NCBI GenBank assembly: GCA_973895155.1
Contig: OZ316892.1
Location: forward strand, 6,376,847-6,440,846
Source: Marsupella aquatica
Lineage: Eukaryota; Plantae; Marchantiophyta
Reading direction: 5' to 3'
Length of the DNA stretch: 64,000 nt
The position numbers were made by a program, and so were the translations under genes. The notes beneath the pieces were generated by a model, which saw nothing but the letters and a program-made list of their open reading frames with translations, was not told the DNA's origin and did no database searches. Positions 24,924 through 38,264 of this stretch are shown one piece after another; the stretch's first letter is position 1, and each line of letters begins with the position of its first letter.

Positions 24924-27101
24924 ATAAGAGCTCTGAAGATCTCGATATTACAGAGATACCTCGTGTATAGTGCACAGTTAGTCGTCCCCTGCCATTAGTG
25001 GGCTGTCCATTTCTTGCCTGGCACAGGCTGTGCCGTTATCATTTATGTACCCGGCGTGTTTGGAGATTTAGAAGAAGTCAATTTAGCCTTGGTCTTGAGA
25101 TTGTAGTCTGAATGTTTGTACTAGCCAGTCCATTGAGAAACTAATTGTGTCAGATGCTTGCTGGTAAGCCAGCTGAAGTCTGGCACTTGAGTTTTACCTT
25201 GATGGAAATCTCGGTATAATCTGGATACCATAATGGCGTTGGTGGTTTCCTCGTGGTACCCTCATTTGTACTCAGAATGTGTAGTTACAACATCAATCAA
25301 TCACTACAGTTGCCACAAGCTATGATGGTAACCATTTTAACAATAGAATCATTGTCCAGAAAGACTGGCTTTTGAGGGGAGTCTGTGCTACACTGTCGGA
25401 ACTTTGAAAAGACTGGATGCCACGGTCGCGGTTATTACTGGTGCATGGAGGTCTATGTATTTTTGTATTTGCATGACCTCGCTGCTTGTAAATTTTTCTG
25501 CTTGACCTTGTGCCCAACTATTACAATTGCCTGGTAACAGTCATTCTGACGTAAAGATGGTTGTGAAGATCAATGTTCTTAAATTTATGTTAGTGAAGTT
25601 TATTTATGGCACAGGTTGCACAAGTCACACCTACAGGTGATGACATCCTCTCTTGGTGTTCAGGTCTAGATGGCTTAAAATCGATGACTATTCCCCTAAC
25701 CATTAGGACCTTTGCTGGGCTTCAAATTCACATGATGACCAAGGAATCTATGGACTGATGGTCTGCCGACAAAACCTACCAGAGTAGCAGCACCAAAAGA
25801 ATTGTGGCGAAATATGCCCCACAATTATTGTTACTTGTATCATCGATTGCAAAGTGCTATACATGGTGTTACTTTGAGAAGGCATGCCACTTTTGAAGAT
25901 TACACCTCTCATCCCTTTTGGTTGTGCCTGTCACAATTAGCCTCTCGCCTACTAATGTAGCATCTAGTTTTTACACTTTCATTCATGCTAGGGCCAAGAA
26001 TTGTCAAACAAGCTCTAGTAACAGCAAAGGAAAATATGAATTGAATGCCTAATAGGTACCACTTTTTAAAACCGAATTATTAAAAAAATATTGACTCCCT
26101 AGTGATAGTTCATTCTTTGCCTAGCACTTGCAATACAACAATGACAAGTCAGGAATTTTTTAACACAATGAATCCAACAAGAATGCAAGCAAATGAACAG
26201 TATTTTTGTCTTTATCTTTTTCTGAATTTTGCCCTCTGTTTCAAGTTTGCAAAAGCATGTTAGTGGGCACAAAGAATGACAAAATACATAAGACAGGAGT
26301 TTAGGGTTTAGGGTCACGGCAGTGTAGAGCATCACTTCCCACTGGGGCTATAGTTGTAGAAAAATACTTAAATCCAACTTGACATGAAATTAGTGGGCAC
26401 AAAGAATGACAAAATACATAAGACAGGAAACTTTTTCGTGAATGGTTCACATGCATTTCTGCACAGCAAAAAGTCTAAAGGTTGGATCTTCTCAAGAAAG
26501 ATCCAAGCAAGAGGTAACCCACTAGGGTGCATTCAATTCTCGATCATGGCTTAAAAAATCCTGAAGGATGAGAAGGACCAAGATTGCAAAACAGGAACAT
26601 TATGAAGAGAGGCAATGATCAATTGCACAACCCAAGGTTTTGTTTAGGATTGTGAACTGAGAGTTATCAACAGTCAGTGCAGATGCAATACACTCTTGTG
26701 TGATAAATGGGACTTATCAATTGTGTAATTGCAACCTACAATCCTTACAAACACATCGTCAAATATACGCCCAATGCATTGGTGTTTTCTCCTAACAAGT
26801 AAACTGTCTATTGAATAATTGAAATGTAGAATAAACATGGTACACCTTTACATATGTTCTTTTGTGGTTGCACAAACTAAGTTCTAGCCCCAATTGTTGC
26901 TAGAACCTTGAACCAACCAAGTTTCTTTTACGAGACTCCCAATCACATAGCCTTGGCTCTTCCAACCACCTAGGATAGTTTGACTAAATGAAGTGGGTGA
27001 ATACTGTTCCTAGGATAGTTTGACCTAATGCACTGCTTGGGGGCCTCACTCCAACGGTGTCCCATATCAATTGTTAAAGCTATTTTTGGATAAAACACAC
27101 C

Positions 27102-27280
27102 CTGAAAATAAAAAGTTGTATAACTATTTTCTACTACTGACTGCATGGAATATTCTAGGAATATTCACAGATTTGGTTTTAAAAATTATTTGATTTTAAT
27201 AATCTCAAAATTGGATTAAAATACCCCAAATTTTCTTTCACAAACATTTATGAGTCTTCCCATAAACCCAATAAAACAAC
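27102..27280 (-). repeat. Dispersed ~180-bp AT-rich element (copy B; copy A at 42640-42820), bounded by GT...AG on the minus strand
   Basis: Shared colinear blocks TGGAATATTCTWGGAATATTC, TCTCAAAATTGRATTWAAA, AGTCTTCCC and CCAATAAAA. Lengths are 179 and 181 bp. Confidence 0.7.
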
Positions 27281-28305
27281 CCTATACGCATTCATGCATG
27301 ATGGGCAAAAAGAAAATAAGTGAGATTCCCCAAGGTGAACCGGTGAATAGTGTCCCCATACTCCTCAAAATACAAAGATACTTTATAAGAGTGTGCTGAA
27401 GAAATTCTTCCCACAATTTTTATAATATGGTTTGAGATAACATAGAATAATCAATTTAAATTGTCATGAGATGAGGAGTAATATATTATAGATATGAAAT
27501 TTTTTGCAATTAACCAATTGGCATGTGATACCAAATCAAATTCAGTTCCCTTGGAAATGATTCCAGAAATGTTTTGGGATATTTGAACCTAAGAAGGGTA
27601 AAAGTATTATCTTTTGGTTATTGGATCCACCTGGTTAGCCAATTTATTAATATTTCCATATTCACCCACAATCCCATATCAGACTTTTGAGCACATAACT
27701 CAGGGAACTCTGTTGTTTAGCAATGACCTACTCTTAGATGCCCTTATATATCAATGATAAAAAATACATAAGGTTCTACTAAATTTAATATTGGCCCAAA
27801 GAACAAAAATGCTAGTCGATATAAAGCAACGAGACGTGTAGTCCTGTGTAGTCTCAATAAAATCATTTTATTACGTGCACACCAAAAAAATGTCTCATTA
27901 GGTGACACAAGAATCCCGTAGTACAAATGAGAATTTATTTACAATTATAATAAACAATGTTCTCAGGAGTTTACCTTCACCTATAAACAAAATCATCAAC
28001 AACAATAACAACAAATAAATGACCTGTGCCCCATGACTTACAGCCCAAGTAAGCCTGCCTATGACTTATCATGAATATGATTAAAACTTCTGAAACCTTT
28101 TTAACTGTTGGTCATGATCTCCATGTGTGCTAATAAACAGAGTTTATCCATATTTGAAAGTTGTTTTAGCTCTATACTGCCCAAGGTGCTGCATATAAGA
28201 GCCTAGAGAATTGGCAAATTCCAATGTCAAAGGAAATGTTAGTAGGTCATAAATTTATAATGTGGACATGTGCAAGAAGTTAGTATAAACGTCATCAAAG
28301 CTTGT

Positions 28306-29006
28306 TGTCTGATGCAAATGAGCAAAGTTTTTCTCTTACCCAGAGAGGCATGGGTGTGTGGTAGCTCACTTGTCTGAGTTGAGTCATAGGTCTAGAGTTC
28401 AAATGTGGTGATTGACTATTCCCTTTCTGTGGGGTTTCACAGATTCCCCCTTAAAATTAAAGAAAAAAGTTTTTCTCCCAACCTTTTTTGATGAGCTCTT
28501 GGTAGCTCACGACTTCACAAGGTTTCTTCAGGGAGCCATATCATGGAGGTCCTTTTTCCACAAAATTACTGATGTAGATTTTCTGGCATTCAGGGAAGCA
28601 AGATGGGTAGCTAAATCGAACTCATGGAAGAAGTTTTTCTGCCTTGAAAAAACTCATTGAAATTCATCCAAAAAGCCAGCATACAACAGTGGTGGCCGAC
28701 AAAAGGGGGTCAGCACCCTGGGGGGGGGGGGGACCAAAGGTTGGGGAGCCAAAGGGACCCGAAAGGCCGGCACCAGGAGAGAAGCATGGAAGAAGTTGCT
28801 TAATGGCAAAGGCAGCCCTGCTGTCTGATGCAAATGAACAAAGCTCTTCTCGTAGCGGTTTGATGAGCTCTTGGTAGCTCATGACTTTACAACGTTTCTT
28901 CAGAGAACTATACCAGGTCCTAATTTGCACAAAATTACTGAAGTAGATTTCTCCTTTCAGGGAAGCAACATGGTTAGCTAAAACGAAAGCATGGAAAAAG
29001 TTTCTC
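28306..29006. repeat. Diverged direct repeat (28306-28640 and 28822-29006); the first copy is interrupted by a SINE
   Basis: TGTCTGATGCAAATGARCAAAG...TTTGATGAGCTCTTGGTAGCTCAYGACTT...CACAAAATTACTGAWGTAGATTT...TTCAGGGAAGCAA occurs in both copies. Confidence 0.85.
28336..28465 (+). mobile_element. Short tRNA-derived SINE (~130 bp)
   Basis: 12-bp TSD AAAGTTTTTCTC (28324-28335 and 28466-28477), A-box-like TGGGTGTGTGG (28351), B-box-like GAGTTCAAAT (28395) and an A-rich tail. The empty site is visible in the paralogous copy (AAAGCTCTTCTC, 28840). Confidence 0.75.
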
Positions 29007-31084
29007 ATGGGCAAAGGCGGGCCTGCTGCTCCAACAGTAAGCTCCGCATGGAGAGCATTTGACTGCATTACTATGTCCACCAACTAAGGGAAGAGAGGAC
29101 CTACATCCAGCCTCACAAATCAAAGTTATTTTGTTTTTGTTGCCAATTTCCAGATGTCGTTTGCAGCAATTGAATACAAGCTGACACGGCGATTTTCATC
29201 CAGTATTGAGCTCGTTTTCAATCATCCTCCGATGTTGATCATATTCAAGCTTCTTTCTAGAGTCCGTATATCGATGGTCTCTGTCTTTCACATTGCCGTA
29301 GGGCAGAAGCTTTCACTGGAGCTGGTCATCACTCATTTTGTGTCCATTTTCGAGCTATTTTGTCGGTTTTGAGAAAGAGGAAGGTTAGCAAAGTCTCTAC
29401 GAAAGAGCACAGGAGAAGTGCTTGAGTGAATTCTGGGCAAAAAGAATACTTTAACAGATTGGTATTCAAACACACAATAATTTAGGGGTTGCTTTGTGGT
29501 CCATATTGGCCCATGGACAGCCGCAAAACCCTCTTTCTTGCTCATATGGTACATACTAAACCCATGAGAGAATTGTGACATATAAACAAGAGTCATCTAA
29601 TTACGGACCCCCATTAGGGGTCCTTTGCAAAATTCCTGGCTCCACAGCGCGCCACATCATCATGGCACGCTGCAAACAGGAAGAGACTTGTTTTTGGATA
29701 AAATTAACTTCTGCATTCGTGTTTGTGGCAAGTTTGTTGTAAAAACTAGGACGCCATGCCGTAAAAACGAATGTAAACAAAACTGACATGCAAATCAAAA
29801 GACAAAAAGATTGAGGTAAAACTGCTCCAAATAACTGTTTTATTTACATTTTGATTTTATTCTAAACATAAAATTTTCCCGGTATCAATTTTTGATTTGA
29901 CATTGCTAAGTCAAATCATAATGAAAACTCACGTATAATATGGCGTTAGAAAGATCTTGAAGAGACGGTCCTGATGAGCTCAGCATTGTCATCATTCGGT
30001 AAGAATTGAGTAAATAATTTGAAAATAGATTTTACCCGTGATTTCACAGTCTCTAACGTGAATATAAATTTTTGTTGTACAACCCCTGAAATGTTTACCA
30101 CTTCCATGAGAATGAACCTAAAATTGACAGATTTTATCGAGTACTAAGGAGATTATGAATTTTAGAATTTCTTTAGTTTTTTAATGAACTTAACATTGAT
30201 AGATTTAGTTGAGTTCTGAGTATATTATAAGTTTCCAATGTTCTTTAGCTTTCCAATGAGTGTAACATTGGGAGATTTTATCAAGTACTAAAGTGGTCAT
30301 GAGTTTCTAACTTTCTCTAGCTTTTGATCGATTCCAAACTCCACAATTGAAGATTTGTTTCCATGAAAGTTTTTGTCTTAAATGATTATGCAAAGTTATT
30401 GATTTGATGACACCGATGACTTCTCTCTCTTTGTCTATCTACATGTAGGAATTGAAAGTGATTACTTTTGATGCAACTTGACTGCATCCAGCATCCCTTC
30501 GATACTGTGGAGGAAATCGTCAAGCACTGTTTTGCTGAAGTGGACAATTAAGCTACCCACACATTAAACAGTAGTTCACAATGCAGCTGGTTTTGCGATT
30601 GATGTTAATTATGATTGCCTTGGTAAGTTTGGCACAAAGTGTGTAATCTTTAGAAATTTGTAGCTTTCTCAACTGTTCAAAACTAGAGATACTAGATTAG
30701 TTCAAAAGATTTTTCCAAACCATTTATATCAAGCCCAATAGCACCTGTTCTACTGCATGTCAGGGGAGGTATTGAAGATAGACCTTTGCTACTAAAATAT
30801 TTGGAGAAATGTAAAGGTGTCAACAAGTGAAGGTATAAAGTGTGTCACAGTCCATGGGTGTCACAGCAATTAGGAGTCAGCACATGCTGCTTGTTTCCTT
30901 GAGGATCTTTTCTACTAGCTTGCCTTGGAGGTCTTTTGGTGTTTACTATATCTTTGCATATTTCTTTCCAACGTGTGGGGCCTTTTGTGTAGAACAGAGG
31001 CTTTATCTCCCAATTTCTGTCTTCACTGGCTTCTATAGATAATGAGTGTCTTTCACATTAGAGAGAGCTCATACATTCACTATT

Positions 31085-31190
31085 CTCTGTAGGGCTGAGG
31101 TTATTGGTTTTTGGACCTCTAGACAATTCCTCTTTGTGCTCTGTAGGGCCTAGGTTGTTGGTTTTTGGACCTAGACAATTCCCCTTTGTG
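31085..31190. repeat. Tandem repeat, 2 x ~53 bp
   Basis: CTCTGTAGGGC..AGGTTRTTGGTTTTTGGACCT(CT)AGACAATTCCYCTTTGTG twice. Confidence 0.88.
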
Positions 31191-34100
31191 ACACTCTGCT
31201 ACTGACTCTGGAGCTTTACCAGGCTTTGCAGTTTGCTCATGAGTAGGGCTTTAATAAGTGTTTTGCAGCTGTTGTGTGGACTCTAGGGCTTTTTGGCTCT
31301 CTGTCTTCTTGATTTTTCACTTGTTTTGTACATTTATTGGGTCTCCTGCCCTCCACACTGCCAAGAAAAACAAAACGCTTACACGACCTCTTACATGACT
31401 CAAATAGGTTCTCAAGTTATTGCCCAAGAAAACCAAGAAAACTTGCTTGTCATGAACGAAACCCAAACTAAACTCTCCCATTCCATCGCAACCTTTTCGG
31501 GAGCGAAGCTTTCGACGACAGATTTGACACTTGTGTGGTCATATGCCTCCCCTAAATTGATGATCATTACAAGTAGGGATCATGCTGGAAAATAGCTCAA
31601 AACAAAATGAATGTCTCTCGAATATTCATATCCCTTTCCTAACTGTCATTGAACTTCGTTATGCCCAAAGAAAACCTGCGGACACGTCCAATCCACGGCA
31701 TCGTAAAGTAACTGATGACAATTTGAGTAGATTTGACGATTTGTCTGTCAATGTACCTTAGCTTTCAGAGTTTTTTGTACTCTGTGATGAGATGTCAGCA
31801 CTTTTTAGCCTTTCAGCTGACCAAGAATATCATTCTGCCACAAGTACCACCAAATCCGCCGCCGTCTAGCATTCTGAAGTTTTAGCTCAAATTGCAGGAT
31901 GCCACGCCTGACGTCTAGGGTCATGCAAGGACCGTCCTTTCTTGTGGCCCCAATTGCGTGCTCTCGCAAACGAATAGCATGACCCCTGCTCTCCAATTCT
32001 CAATTTCGTTCAGTCGCTGGTACATTCCTGCAGACTTGTATGTCAAGTCAGCTCAAAGTGCTTTGTATGATTGTATCTGTTTGTATCTGTACAGTGGTAC
32101 GTCAGCTCTCAGCTGACCGCAGCTGACTTCACATGTACCTGTGTGAGCCATTCAAAAACAATAGCGAGCTTGTACGTCGCAGCTAGAAAGGAAGACAAGA
32201 TTCGGAAGTGAAACTCCTTCGATAGATGAGTAAGTATTCCCTCTCAGGTCTCGTTATGAAATAGCTGCCAAAACCTTTAATGTGAGGAGAGACTGGGCTT
32301 TGGATTGAGAGGTACCTTACCTTCCTTGGTGTGTAGGATTGCTCTTCTAGGCCCTCTAATATGCCTGGCCACCAATTCAAGCGCTGTACGTTACTACCTC
32401 AGTGGGCGTCTGAGCATTGCAGCGTGGGCATTCGTTGTGGTACTGGTTTTTCAATTTTCTCAGAGCTGGATTTATTTTGTGGGCTGGGCTGCCGGTCGAT
32501 CTCATCTTCGAAGTCATGCAATCTCTGTCCACTCGCACTGGCCTCTAAATTTCTCCAGGAGTAGCTATGATGTCCTTGATCAATGTCTGTGATAAGTAGG
32601 ATCTTGCTGAATTGGAATCTCCTCTAGATGTTGATGTTTCCTCTTTCTCTCAATAAACCGATTGGCCCTACTTCATGAGTGAATGTCGTTGGCTTATCTC
32701 TTTGTGAATCTAGGCTGCAAACTTTCACTCTTCTGTTTTCAATCAATTTTTCCATCCTAGAATTCCATCAATTTTCATCACGAGGGTCTTTTGAATAATG
32801 TCTAGAGGTGACGGAATTTGATATCCATACTCCGGGTAGTAATTCAGACCTGACGTTTGATTACCTGGGTTATGAATTTGTTCTAACGCTCTTTGATGGT
32901 TACTTTCGATCTCAGCTTCGATGCATGCGTCGTCCCATTTGCTGTTTTCCATCCCTTTTGGTCCAAGCAGCAGGCATATGGTCTGTTTAGAACGTTACAA
33001 CAGACAGTTATGTTCTCCGTGGACCCTCACGAAGTTCTAAATTCCGGTTTTCCATTTTCAATGCGAAATTCATACCCATCTCCTGCGCGAGGTCTGGTCT
33101 AATTCGTACCTTTCCATCAAAGGTGGAGAAATGGTTCAAGGTGAAGAATAGATAGTTCATCAGATTCATTCTCCTGTAGCTTCACTAGATGATGCATTGA
33201 ACAGGTGAATGGAATTAGTCCCTCTTCGTCGCATCCTTCCAGTCGATTCAATTGGTGGGATATCTAACTTTAGCTGCAGGGGCCTCACCGCTCATTCCGA
33301 ATGAAAGTTTTCACAACCAAGTTCAGGAGTATTGGAGCCTAAATAAACGGCCGTTGGTTTTGTTCAGCCGCGACAGCCTGGTTTCAATCACCCACGTGGT
33401 ACTTTTGCTACTGCTGCCTTTGCTGCAACATTTCGCTGCATCCTTCTATCCTACATTAACAACGTTCTTTGCAATGCAATCGGTAATGTGCAAAGCATTT
33501 CGTTTGATGGTATATGTATTCCTGCGGCATTAGTCTTGCTGACAGAGTCCTGATGCAAAATGATAGACTGCTCGTTCGTGCAGTTAAATCTCCTTGGAAC
33601 GTCGGTGGGAAATCCCCACGAAGCGTACAACAGACTACTTGATTTCGGAGAATCTTTCACTACCTGCTTCTCAATTGGACAGGATTTCATTCGCTACACC
33701 ACAGGCAGTGGGTCAATGCAAGAGAGAGACAAAAGCAGTCAAATTTTAGGCTCGCCACGTTGAAACTGTTGACAGCTCCTCTCGGACGAGTTTCAGAATG
33801 GTGGTCGGGAAAAATTCAGTATTTTTCTGTTATGCTTCTGATTATATTCATTTTCATTCATATTTACTTTTGGCCCCTGTTTTGGGTAGTCTGGGTGCAG
33901 ATGCTTCTATCGCAACAATTGAAGTGACCAAGCTTCGAATTTTTACGTCTCCAGGTGTTCAGCGATTAGGTTGGTGAAAATGTATGTTTTCTTGGTAAAT
34001 GAAAGAGTTATAACCGAGTTGATCCACAAGCACAAGATGCCAGTCGCTTCACAACTTGTCCAATGAGATGCCCTGTACCGTCGAGATGATATACAGAGGG

Positions 34101-34456
34101 GAAGGAGAGGGGAATATCGACTGATTACTAGAATTGCAGAACATCCCCAAGAAGCTATAATTATGTCAAAGGAGTGCAACCCCTGCTCGTGTCGTCAGCT
34201 TCTTTCGTGCTACATTTGGGTCTGATCTTTTTCGGCTTACATGCCAGTATCGTGCGACATAACCTAAGATGACCTGGGAGGAGAGATGACATGAAATGCT
34301 CCATAGCTCTATTTAGGTTTCCTCCCTGTAACCGCGTTGTTGGCAGTGTCAGATGATGCCATTGGGGAGTTCTTCTCCAGACATTTTGTCCACAGTGCGT
34401 TTTCCACTTCCCTTACAAAACGATTGTTATTCATTCTTTCAATAGCGTGGGAGATT

Positions 34457-36742
34457 ATGGCAGCTGAAGCACCTGCCGCGGGAACAAAATGGGCAGCCCC
34501 CGAGAAAGTAGCACTAGGATGCGTAGCTTTTGTAGTGTGGTGGATCCTGGCAGTCTTCCCTGCAGTACCATGTCTACCAATCGGGAGAACTGCAGGATCT
34601 CTTCTTGGTGCCGTGTTGATGGTCGTTTTCCAGGTCATTTCTCCGAACGCTGCCTTTGCAGCCATCGACCTTTCCATTCTTGCTCTCCTCTTCGGCACCA
34701 TGCTCATCAGTGTATACCTCGAGAGAGCCAACATGTTTAGATACTTGGGGAAGATCCTCTCCTGGAAGAGCCGAGGGGGAAAGGATCTTCTCTGCAGGCT
34801 ATGTGTACTCTCAGCATTGTGTAGTGCATTCTTCACCAACGACACAGCTTGTGTGGTGCTGACAGGATTTGTCTTGAAACTATGCAAGGAAAAGAATCTT
34901 CCCACTCTCCCATTCCTCTTGGCTTTGTCTTCCAGTGCCAACATTGGCTCTGCTGGGACTGCCATTGGAAACCCCCAGAATTTGGTCATTGCTATTCAGA
35001 GTGGCATCAGTTTTGGGAAATTCTTGTCCGGGATTGTTCCAGCAGTTGTGGTTGGAATTGTGGTGAACACAGCTCTACTGTTGATCTTTTACTGGAGACG
35101 ACTCTCGCCAAATTTGGATAGAGAAGAGGCTGGCGATCTTGAAAATGGACTAGAGAAAGAGCTGTCTACAATTGGGGCCTCACCTTCAGAAGTTTCTGGG
35201 CAAAAGAATCCAGAGAATAATCTTCCATCCAATGCATCCAGTTGGTCAGAGGGAACTCCAAACACTGAAATTGATGCTCAAAATTTGTCTCAGCACCATG
35301 TCCAGTCTTCGAGGGAAGGTGCTGACGGAGGAAACAACAATTCAATATCACGGGCAATAGAACAGAGTCCTCTCCCGACTCAACTAGTGGAGGAAGACCC
35401 AGTAGACACAGTAGAACCTACCCCTGTCAGGACGTTGAAGCAGAAGTTATGGGTTGCAGCTGTGTACTTGATCACTGCAGGATTCTTGGCAGCACTTCTG
35501 GCTGGGCTTAATCTGTCATGGTGTGCTATCGCTGCTGCCATTGCTCTCATCGTGCTCGACTTCACTGAGGCAGGACCGAGCCTTGATAAGGTGAGAATCT
35601 GGTACTCTGCAATTACTACACTACGCAACAACCATTTGAAGCACAGAACCGGTCTTTGAATCTTTTCGAATTCCTTTCGTTACCCTTTAATTAAAAGGAA
35701 ACGAGGTCCCAATAAGTAGGTCAGGTTAATTCGTCTACTAAATGTTCGTAGGATGTGGTTTAATGAATGAATGAAGCATTGTACAGCCTACCTCCCTTAG
35801 ACTAAAGGTATCTTGAGAAAACCAAATGAAACTTTTGCATAAGAATCACACTTCTGTACTGGCCATTGGTGCCATAACCAAAACTTCTGAAATCAGCCGG
35901 CGAGAAGAGGAATATGAGTGTAAGATATTATGTCGGCCTGTTGGAAATTGTTGGATGTAGCTGCTAAGCGTCCCACTTTTCCAATTGTTCTTGAGTTAAA
36001 GTTTAAGCAGAAGAGCTGATTTTTCCTTCTTTCCCTACGAAGGCTCTGCCTGATATCAAAATGCATCCTCATAATCGTTCTATTTGTGCAGGTCTCATAC
36101 TCCTTACTGGTGTTCTTCTCGGGAATGTTCATAGCAGTGCAAGGATTTAACCTTACTGGAGTCCCTGGTGAATTTTGGAAAGCAATGGAACCTCATTCGC
36201 ACATTGATGATGCGAAGGGCTTGACTATACTGTCCCTGGTGATTATTCTCCTTTCCAACGTTGCCTCCAATGTGCCTACTGGTAAGAATATTACTCCCAT
36301 CAGGGTGATCAATTTGCACTTAAATATCTTCAATGACAATGAATGGATTCGGATGGTTCACCTTTCAAACGACATTGCGATTCATTCTCCATTGAAATCG
36401 CATATGCATGCAGATTGTTGCGATTTCTTCTTTTCGGATTTACTCACGCTGACAGAAACCTTTGCTTTAAATGTTTCATCAGTGTTGTTGCTTGGAGCAC
36501 GAGTGGCAGCATCAGCAGCCTTGAGTGGAGCGAGCGTGACCAAAGCATGGTTGATTTTGTCCTGGGTTAGTACTGTGGCTGGGAACCTTACTCTGCTCGG
36601 GTCAGCTGCCAATCTCATTGTCAGTGAACAGGCCAGAACATCTACACTGAGTTATAACTTTTCTTTGCGGAAGCACCTACCATTTGGCGTTCCGTCGACA
36701 TTGATAGTTGTCGCAGTTGGTGTCCCTCTAATCCGAGGCTAA
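34457..36742 (+). CDS. LSI2: Lsi2/ArsB (CitMHS-fold) silicon/arsenite efflux transporter, ~527 aa; exons 34457-35590, 36092-36281, 36483-36742
   Basis: Hallmark motifs: [139 protein letters not shown]. Introns are GT-AG and in phase. Confidence 0.92.
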
Positions 36743-38264
36743 GAACTTGCTGCTAAAGAGAATTGGAATTTCCACTTCCTTCAACTCCTCTGTTAAAGTC
36801 CCCCCTCAATTTTGCAGTAGAATCCACCATCGTTATCTATCTTGATGGACCCTTGTCAGGTCAAGATTGCCTAGTGCAGTTTCATCTCTTGATTTGTATA
36901 ATAATTGTTTTCCCTTGACGGAATCTGCTGTAACATATTTAGCCCTATTGAATTGGGCGTGTTGCTCATCCATTGAGGTCCTCTTACCTTGAAAGTTCCT
37001 TTCACTATCGCTTTGAACTTAGATTTTTGTTCTTTCCACTCCCGCGGTTCGAACAGGTCACTCGATCGAGTTTGTAAACCATTGGGTTTGCAGCAAGTGG
37101 ACATAGATAATACCATGTTGCAAATCAAAGACTCTACTGGGTATGCCATACGCAACCAGGTGAATTGGAGGTTTATCTTCTGTTCCTTTTCTGCGCTGTC
37201 CAAACACCTTTCCAGCGTCTGCCACAGCATATCTTCTATTCCCTATCCAATAGGAATTCCTTGCACGAAATTCTGAGCTGTTCAAACACAATTTCGAGCA
37301 TCTTTCACAGGTTTGGGGGCATCAAATATTCGCAGGACATCAAATTGGACAGGGGTTGGAAACCGTGCAAATTGTTTGTTGCGCGTAGCATTCATTGTTC
37401 AACGCCTCGAGGAACTTTACGTTCTATTACAGTTATGTCGACTTTGTCCATCGAATCGCACAATGAACGCTTGATCAATTCACTTAATTATACGTTGGTG
37501 TCTGAGGTTTGTTTCCTAATTGGATGTCAATCTCATAAGAAATAATCTAGTCGCAATTTTCGTATGGAGATAGGGGCACGACAGAAAGGGTCCACATTTG
37601 TGCGATCAAAGGGATACGTTTCCGACGAATATTCAGGGAGTCTTCGACAGGCTTCATGACTACCAAACACTGTAGCAGGGGGAATTCCATAGCCTAGTCT
37701 TCTTCTGGTGACCCAAAACAATTAAAGTCCTCACTGAAATAGGATAGATATTGCATGACTTGCACGACCAACACCCAGTTGGCTCCCTGATCTTTCGTTT
37801 AAGATAAGTTAAATTGCAATCATATCTTATCAAGATTCAAGTGGTAGCCAAAACAGATAAAAGCTCTCCCAAACTCTCCAAATGAATAACTACATTCTCA
37901 CAAAATGCAGGCAACCAGACAAGCACAGTTCTCAGTAACTTATCTTACAAGATTGTAAGCCATGGTAAGCACCAATCACAGAGGCTCTCTTGTCAAAATC
38001 ACAGGCTCCCTTGCTCTTGAAAGTAACCCTCATTTTACAATCCACGAGTATCACAGTAGCACTCAATTTTACCGCCTGCCACTTCCACTTCTGCCCATCT
38101 ATCCATGTCGAATTCGTCCTCCGCACGTCTTCGTAATGAGCTTCCATGTCTTGCCATAACACTATTCGAAGCCAACCTTCTACCAAAGAAACCTCGGACG
38201 AATGATGCAAGTGGTTTTTAACCTCGAACAGCAATACTTGTCACATAGGGATCCATGGCCATCT

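Noticed and set aside
26300-26313. (TTTAGGG)x2 plant telomere repeat
   Set aside because: Only two units; at most a telo-box, not an interstitial telomere.
34309-34989. 226-aa minus-strand ORF
   Set aside because: Antisense shadow of the Lsi2-like exon 1.
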